Positions 63,682-64,000 of a DNA stretch of 64,000 bases are shown in pieces. The first letter of the stretch is position 1. Every line of letters begins with the position of its first letter. The stretch lies in assembly GCA_965277285.1 (NCBI GenBank), contig OZ255721.1, forward strand, positions 288,001 through 352,000, written 5' to 3'. The translations under genes and the position numbers were made by a program. Source of the stretch: Abditibacteriaceae bacterium (GTDB lineage Bacteria > Armatimonadota > Abditibacteriia > Abditibacteriales > Abditibacteriaceae). The notes under the pieces are model-generated. The model worked only from the letters and a program-made list of their open reading frames with translations. It had not been told where the DNA came from and did no database searches.

Positions 63682-64000
63682 ATGAAGACAATTTGTTGGA
63701 CGGTGTTGCTGGCAATTATTTTGTGTGGCTCGGCTTGCGCTGAGGTCGTCGCGCCTCGATACGATTTGCGTGTGCGCTTGCAATCTGGTGAAGCGCATTT
63801 GGTGAATCACAGCGGCAAAATCGTGGGAACGATGGTTGTCAGTAGGCGCAAGATTGTATCATCGGTGAATGAAACCGCGAGTTACCAACTTCGAGTACTC
63901 GAAAGCCGCGAGAAGGGATCGAAAGTGCGTCTTACGTTTGGCGCTGACAACACAACTGGCACGCGGAGTGGTGTCACGATTTATGCACCGTTTTGGGCGG
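63682..64000 (+). CDS. Secreted hypothetical protein, truncated by the window end
   Basis: MKTICWTVLLAIILCGSACA signal peptide; frame open to the edge. Confidence 0.6.
   Translation, partial: MKTICWTVLLAIILCGSACAEVVAPRYDLRVRLQSGEAHLVNHSGKIVGTMVVSRRKIVSSVNETASYQLRVLESREKGSKVRLTFGADNTTGTRSGVTIYAPFWA

Overview
A moderately GC-rich bacterial chromosomal window from a diderm (kdsD and lnt are present). A DUF1559 prepilin-like gene and the ClpC style suggest Abditibacteriota/Armatimonadota; this is an inference. Housekeeping genes include clpC, kdsD, thiC, sbcC, speD, trxB, a ferredoxin-NADP reductase, lnt, acnA and a hisC-aroF-tyrA-aroA-cmk-plsC operon. Carbohydrate genes include GH50-, GH16-, GH76-, GH74- and GH15-like enzymes and a LacI regulator, and small AT-richer orphan genes are scattered between them. 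The dominant unexplained signal is a highly iterated 12-bp palindrome, TCGAGTACTCGA (usually W-flanked). By eye I count 47 perfect copies and about 20 one-mismatch copies in 64 kb. It occurs inside genes in all three frames (SSTR, I/FEYS, RVLE/D) and in many intergenic regions. It also sits at the junctions of tandem duplications and of a direct-repeat-flanked insertion, resembling a HIP1-like system in a non-cyanobacterial lineage. Other points of interest are an ATPase-less ClpC decoy-like paralog, two YrhB-like/PilB-N2-like fusion paralogs, a candidate structured RNA upstream of speD, several apparently leaderless genes and several REP/REPIN hairpin families. No rRNA, tRNA, CRISPR array or transposase was seen. 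All counts and family assignments were made by eye without database searches.
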